Shown in pieces: positions 35,966 through 40,000 of a stretch of 40,000 nucleotides of DNA (position 1 is the stretch's first letter; every line of letters starts with the position of its first letter). The DNA is taken from sequence record MG655268.1; one strand, 5' to 3'. Source of the DNA: Erwinia phage vB_EamM_Desertfox. The position numbers and the translations under genes are program-made. The notes below the pieces were generated by a model. The model did not search any database and was not told the DNA's origin. It worked only from the letters and a program-made list of their open reading frames with translations.

Positions 35966-36567
35966 TGGCACAAACCGAACACGATAAAATGATGCACCAA
36001 CGGGCAGGGTCGATTGAGCGCCGACTGGCACAGGCCGCCCAGCATGAACGTAATCCCCAGATCCAGGAAGCGGAGTTCACCCGGGTATTCCTGCCGATGT
36101 TTGTTGGCGGGGGCGAATACATTAATCAGGATGCCTGGGTAGCGGTTGCCGGTTCTGTTAATAATGAAGTCGATGTCTTCCGCGGGCAAGAGTATCTTTA
36201 TACCCTGCCGGCCTTAGCCATCCCGATTCGCTCTGAGATCTCCAGTCGTAGCCAGAACGGTCGCATGGGTGATAACTGGATGGGCACAGGCTTAAACGCC
36301 GCAGACGATCCAGGGTCAATTGAGAGCGTGATGTCGATTGATGCCAAGGGTAAGCAGGTTGCGTTAGCCAGTACTGCTGAGGAGCACATGGCGCGCTGGG
36401 ATGAGGTGTTCAAACGCTACGGGCTGGACTACCGTGTAATCCGTGCTGACCTCCATGAACGTAAAACAGGTCAGAAAGTTAATCCCAACATTATCGATCA
36501 ATCAGATAAGGCATTAGCGACTAAACAGGTTGAGCTCGATGACAACGGTGATTACGAAGACTACTAA
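35965..36567 (+). CDS. Hypothetical protein (200 aa)
   Basis: TAATG overlap with previous gene. Confidence 0.8.
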   Translation: MAQTEHDKMMHQRAGSIERRLAQAAQHERNPQIQEAEFTRVFLPMFVGGGEYINQDAWVAVAGSVNNEVDVFRGQEYLYTLPALAIPIRSEISSRSQNGRMGDNWMGTGLNAADDPGSIESVMSIDAKGKQVALASTAEEHMARWDEVFKRYGLDYRVIRADLHERKTGQKVNPNIIDQSDKALATKQVELDDNGDYEDY

Positions 36568-37684
36568 AAAACCTGGCATGGTACGGATCATTCAGACAGG
36601 CGATATTCACCTCTGTCATAAACGCACCCCGACTGCGAACATTATCCGTACACTGAACTACATCTTCTATGAAAACGAATCCTTGGCTGAAACCGACCTT
36701 ATCATCCTTGCCGGGGATGTCTGGGATACTCTGGTGACCATGCCTAATGACGATGCATTATTAGCTCGTCAATGGATTCGTAAGTTTGTCGAAGATTGCG
36801 CATATTACAATGTGATCTTAGATGTGTTAGAAGGCACTCCTGACCATGATTGGGAGCAGTCTTCTGAGTTCACCCTCTTTGAAACCAGTTGTGAAGTGCG
36901 CTACATCAAAACCCTGCAGATTGTCCGTCATGAGCACTTGGATTTAAATATCCTTTATGTGCCCGATGAATGGCGCCCAACCATTGAAGCGATCTGGGAA
37001 GATGTGTGTGTGGCGATGACTGAAGCCGGACTGGATAAGGTGGATGTCGCAGTGGTGCACGGGGGATTTGATTTTAACTTCCCGCCGGAGTACAACATCA
37101 AAGGCCACAGCGCTGAGCGCTTTAGCAGTATTGTCAAACATGCGGTGTTTGCTAACCACATCCACAAAGCCCAGAGCTTTATGAAAGTGCACGGTCCAGG
37201 TTCACCGGATCGATTAGCACAGGGTGAGGAAGGGGACAAAGGTTACCATCGGGTGGTGATTGATCAGAAGACCGATCAGATGCGCATCCAGTGGATTAAG
37301 AACCCACATGCCTGGACCCATATCGCACTCAACGTTGCAGATATGTCGGTTGAGGAGATCGTCGCCAAAGCCAAAGCGATCGCAGCACCACTAAGAGCCG
37401 GCAGTTATCTGCGTTTTGATAACGGTGATCCCTTAGTGGTGAAAGCGGTACTGTGGGCATTGAAAGCAGAAATCCCGCATGTGATCTTGGAGTACAAAAA
37501 CAAGAAGCAAGCAGGGATCACGCAAACGCACCAAACTTATGCCAAGAAGTTTTCTGGCACCCACATTAACCGCAACAATGCCAAAGAGTCGATCGTCGGC
37601 TGGTTGCAGGGTAAGGGGTTAACGGACGACTCACAGGGTCAGTATTTAAGTGATATCTTACAGCGCGCCATGGCGCTGAAGTAG
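36539..37684 (+). CDS. SbcD/Mre11-type metallophosphoesterase (recombination nuclease subunit)
   Basis: IIQTGDIHLCHKRT, IILAGDVWDT, VLEGTPDHDWEQ and later VVHGGF and VFANHIHKAQ match metallophosphoesterase motif order. Confidence 0.85.
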   Translation: MTTVITKTTKKPGMVRIIQTGDIHLCHKRTPTANIIRTLNYIFYENESLAETDLIILAGDVWDTLVTMPNDDALLARQWIRKFVEDCAYYNVILDVLEGTPDHDWEQSSEFTLFETSCEVRYIKTLQIVRHEHLDLNILYVPDEWRPTIEAIWEDVCVAMTEAGLDKVDVAVVHGGFDFNFPPEYNIKGHSAERFSSIVKHAVFANHIHKAQSFMKVHGPGSPDRLAQGEEGDKGYHRVVIDQKTDQMRIQWIKNPHAWTHIALNVADMSVEEIVAKAKAIAAPLRAGSYLRFDNGDPLVVKAVLWALKAEIPHVILEYKNKKQAGITQTHQTYAKKFSGTHINRNNAKESIVGWLQGKGLTDDSQGQYLSDILQRAMALK

Positions 37685-37694
37685 TGAGGGTGTT

Positions 37695-38495
37695 ATGGCT
37701 GACAGGACCATGGGGATCTTGCCGATGTCAGTCGGCACCTCCCTTTCATTTGAAGCATTAATGGCAAAACCCATTGAACCGATTGAAACCTTGGTGTTGA
37801 ACATCGGGACCATCTTTCGTAATGTCTATCAGGCGTATGATACCGATGACCGCGATCGCTTAGGGATTGATAAGTTGCATGACGATATGATTGCAGACAT
37901 GTCAGCGATTTATGACATCTTAAAAGACATCGGGAAAGCGGGCGTGCCAGATTACAAACTGTATCACGGGCGTTATGAACGGTTAGCTTCCGCCTTTCCA
38001 CTGGCGAAGATCTGGGAGCCTTCTTCGGATATTCAGAAGACGTACGCACGACTTGAACGTAACGTCCTGGAGAAGGTGATCAAGACAATGCGGGGGTTAG
38101 TGCAAGAGGTGGATCACACCTTACCGATTTCCGTAAAGAATACCTATGTGATGACCCATCACATCGTAGACCTGGTTGTGCCGGCTGGTTACGGTGAGAT
38201 TACGTTGGTGGAATCCCATACAGGTGCCTTGAAGAAGAAACCGTTATGGCACACCAAACTCACCAACGGGCGTTCGCTTGAGCGTATTCCGTTTAACCGA
38301 CTGACCTTGCAGGTGTTCGGTGATAACTCTGTGAACTTCAAAGCCAACAGCTTTAAATACAAAGCGGCACTGATGAAGCTTGCAGAGGAGAACAAGTGGA
38401 CACCCATGGCAACCCGTGATCGTATCAAGCTTGGCATTGAAACGTTAAAGGACGCGCAGCTGAAAGCGGACTTGTCAAAAATGCTCAGTGTATAA
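37695..38495 (+). CDS. Hypothetical protein (266 aa)
   Basis: ORF in the same operon. Confidence 0.85.
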   Translation: MADRTMGILPMSVGTSLSFEALMAKPIEPIETLVLNIGTIFRNVYQAYDTDDRDRLGIDKLHDDMIADMSAIYDILKDIGKAGVPDYKLYHGRYERLASAFPLAKIWEPSSDIQKTYARLERNVLEKVIKTMRGLVQEVDHTLPISVKNTYVMTHHIVDLVVPAGYGEITLVESHTGALKKKPLWHTKLTNGRSLERIPFNRLTLQVFGDNSVNFKANSFKYKAALMKLAEENKWTPMATRDRIKLGIETLKDAQLKADLSKMLSV

Positions 38496-38506
38496 ATCAA
38501 CATAAC

Positions 38507-38529
38507 TGCTCTAACTTTATAGAGCAGTA
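38507..38529 (+). terminator. Hairpin CTGCTCTA/TAGAGCAG
   Basis: 8-bp inverted repeat separating the operon from the next gene; no T run. Coordinates approximate by a few nt. Confidence 0.45.
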
Positions 38530-38558
38530 TAACTAATTAGTCCTAAAAGGAGCAACAC

Positions 38559-39329
38559 ATGGCTGGTCCACAGCGTCAATTTAAAGCTCGTGAAAAATCT
38601 TACTTGAGCGAGTACTCGATGAACCTTCAGGGCCCGGTGCAAGCTGGCGCTCAGTTCCCTGCTGAATTCCGCATGGCCTTTGCAGCCAACAAAGTGGCCA
38701 TTCAGGTTGAAACCAAAAACCGCGATAACAAAAATAACGGTCGCTTTGAAATCGTTGTTCCTTATCTGGGCGCTATCGGTGTGCTGAATACGATCGACAA
38801 GCTTATTCAGGACAAAGCACGCAGTAAGCTGCAATACAAAGTGAAAGACTTCGTTTACTTCGGTAAAGGTAACAAGTCTGACTCACCAATGATCAAAGGC
38901 ACCCTGACTGTAGGGCGTGATAACGAAGGCTGTCTCTATATCGGCATGTCCGGTAAAGACATCACCCCAATCAAATTCATCTTCGCCCTGCCGGCGCATG
39001 ATGAACTGTGCGATGACTCAGGTCAGCGTCTGGGTGATGCTGAGCACTCTGAGTTTGCTGCGAAGAACTTCGTGGTCGGTTACCTGGGTCTGCTGCCAGT
39101 GGTGATGGGTATTCACTATACTCCACCTGAGCCGAAGAACCCAGATGGCGGTAATGGCGGTGGCGGTGGTCAAGGTGGTGGCGGCTGGGGCGGTAATGGC
39201 GGCGGGAACCGTGGCGGTGGTAATGGCGGGGGAAACCAGTACAACCAAGGCGGCAATCAGGGCGGTGGGAACGCCTCTGGTTCTGGTAGCAGCGGCGGCG
39301 GTGACTTCGCAGATGACCTGCCTTTCTAA
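38559..39329 (+). CDS. Single-stranded DNA binding protein-like
   Basis: Gly/Asn-rich linker (GGNGGGGGQGGGGWGGNGG...) and acidic C-terminus DFADDLPF, the SSB tail architecture. Confidence 0.75.
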   Translation: MAGPQRQFKAREKSYLSEYSMNLQGPVQAGAQFPAEFRMAFAANKVAIQVETKNRDNKNNGRFEIVVPYLGAIGVLNTIDKLIQDKARSKLQYKVKDFVYFGKGNKSDSPMIKGTLTVGRDNEGCLYIGMSGKDITPIKFIFALPAHDELCDDSGQRLGDAEHSEFAAKNFVVGYLGLLPVVMGIHYTPPEPKNPDGGNGGGGGQGGGGWGGNGGGNRGGGNGGGNQYNQGGNQGGGNASGSGSSGGGDFADDLPF

Positions 39330-39382
39330 ATAGACAGGACGATGAATTCAGCATAAGTCATTGTCTGGGTTCATCCACAACA

Positions 39383-39404
39383 GAGGAGGGTGAAAACCCT
39401 CCTC
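39383..39404 (+). terminator. Hairpin GAGGAGGGT-GAAA-ACCCTCCTC
   Basis: 9-bp stem with GAAA loop; coordinates approximate. Confidence 0.6.
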
Positions 39405-39406
39405 TT

Positions 39407-39730
39407 GTGCCGTCCACGGACTGGGCTATAGCTCACGCTTACTCCCCAGGGTATGGGCGATTCAAACGCCGACATTTCAGGAAGAATACGCGCAAGCGAC
39501 CCCCACGGCCATGTAAGAATAAAAGTAAGTTGATGAAGGTGGCTCAGAGTAAGTTGGGTTATGCGATCATGACAGGCAGGGTAATCAGGCAGGCAGTATG
39601 TGATGAGTGTGAGGCGGATGAACGTATCGAGCCTTTGCAAGTCAATTATGCTAAGCCGTATATCGTGCTGTGGCTTTGTCCACGTTGTCATGCTGACTGG
39701 TACCTGACAAATGAGCCGGCGTACAGCTGA
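39407..39730 (+). CDS. Small zinc-ribbon-like protein (107 aa, start uncertain)
   Basis: CDEC...CPRC (two CxxC pairs). Confidence 0.65.
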   Translation: MPSTDWAIAHAYSPGYGRFKRRHFRKNTRKRPPRPCKNKSKLMKVAQSKLGYAIMTGRVIRQAVCDECEADERIEPLQVNYAKPYIVLWLCPRCHADWYLTNEPAYS

Positions 39731-39767
39731 GGGTTTCGGCCCTCCTTTATGATACCAAGAGGTGACA

Positions 39768-40000
39768 ATGTTTGAAGAACCGACACATGTTCGTTATGCA
39801 TTGGTAACCCGCCCTCAACACGACGAGAAAGTTATTTTGACACCCTGTGATAATCTGATCGAAGCGGTACACAAACAAGACCGCTACGATTCGATTGCTT
39901 CTGTGGTGATCTGTGATGACTTCAAAGCGCAGGCGGTGGATGTCCGGTTACACTTTATCACGGGTCCGGATGACTCGGCGTACCGTGCAAAGGAAATGTT
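39768..40000 (+). CDS. Hypothetical protein, truncated by the window edge
   Basis: Manual translation MFEEPTHVRYALVTRPQHDEKVILTPCDNLIEAVHK...; AGAGGTGAC upstream. Confidence 0.7.
   Translation, partial: MFEEPTHVRYALVTRPQHDEKVILTPCDNLIEAVHKQDRYDSIASVVICDDFKAQAVDVRLHFITGPDDSAYRAKEM

Noticed and set aside
39407-39730. HNH homing endonuclease
   Set aside because: Two CxxC pairs are present, but no clear HNH catalytic core (paired His/Asn) could be identified; called zinc-ribbon-like only.
1-40000. CRISPR array, rRNA, integrase/transposase or classical toxin-antitoxin pair
   Set aside because: No regularly spaced repeats, rRNA-like sequence or recognisable mobile-element proteins were found by reading.

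Overview
The window reads as part of a nucleus-forming, phiKZ-like jumbo phage genome. Gene density is high and nearly all genes run on the + strand, with three single-gene reverse islands (1-585, 14385-15236, 23607-24719). Genes I recognise from sequence motifs: a phage tubulin (PhuZ-like, 15325-16299); a family B DNA polymerase fragment with motifs B and C (21437-23548); a likely phage nucleus shell protein (chimallin-like, 24942-27077); an N-terminal RNA polymerase beta-prime subunit with a Zn site and NADFDGD (27183-28670); an SbcD/Mre11-type nuclease (36539-37684); and an SSB-like protein with a Gly-rich linker and a C-terminal DFADDLPF tail (38559-39329). Everything else is hypothetical. 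The main items worth a second look are: (1) a tandem, translationally coupled family of three diverged paralogs (28722-30666), two with HExxH zincin-like motifs and one with a degenerate site; (2) a compact tRNA-like element at about 10383-10448 whose halves are in circularly permuted order; (3) an unusually long structured non-coding block at about 10.29-12.20 kb, plus other structured leaders between 4.6 and 9.2 kb; (4) an 18-nt repeated promoter-like element flanking the gene at 33779; (5) recurrent TATATTAY elements and recurrent hairpin-TTTATG-polyT intergenic modules. All family calls rest on motif reading only; no database search was possible.
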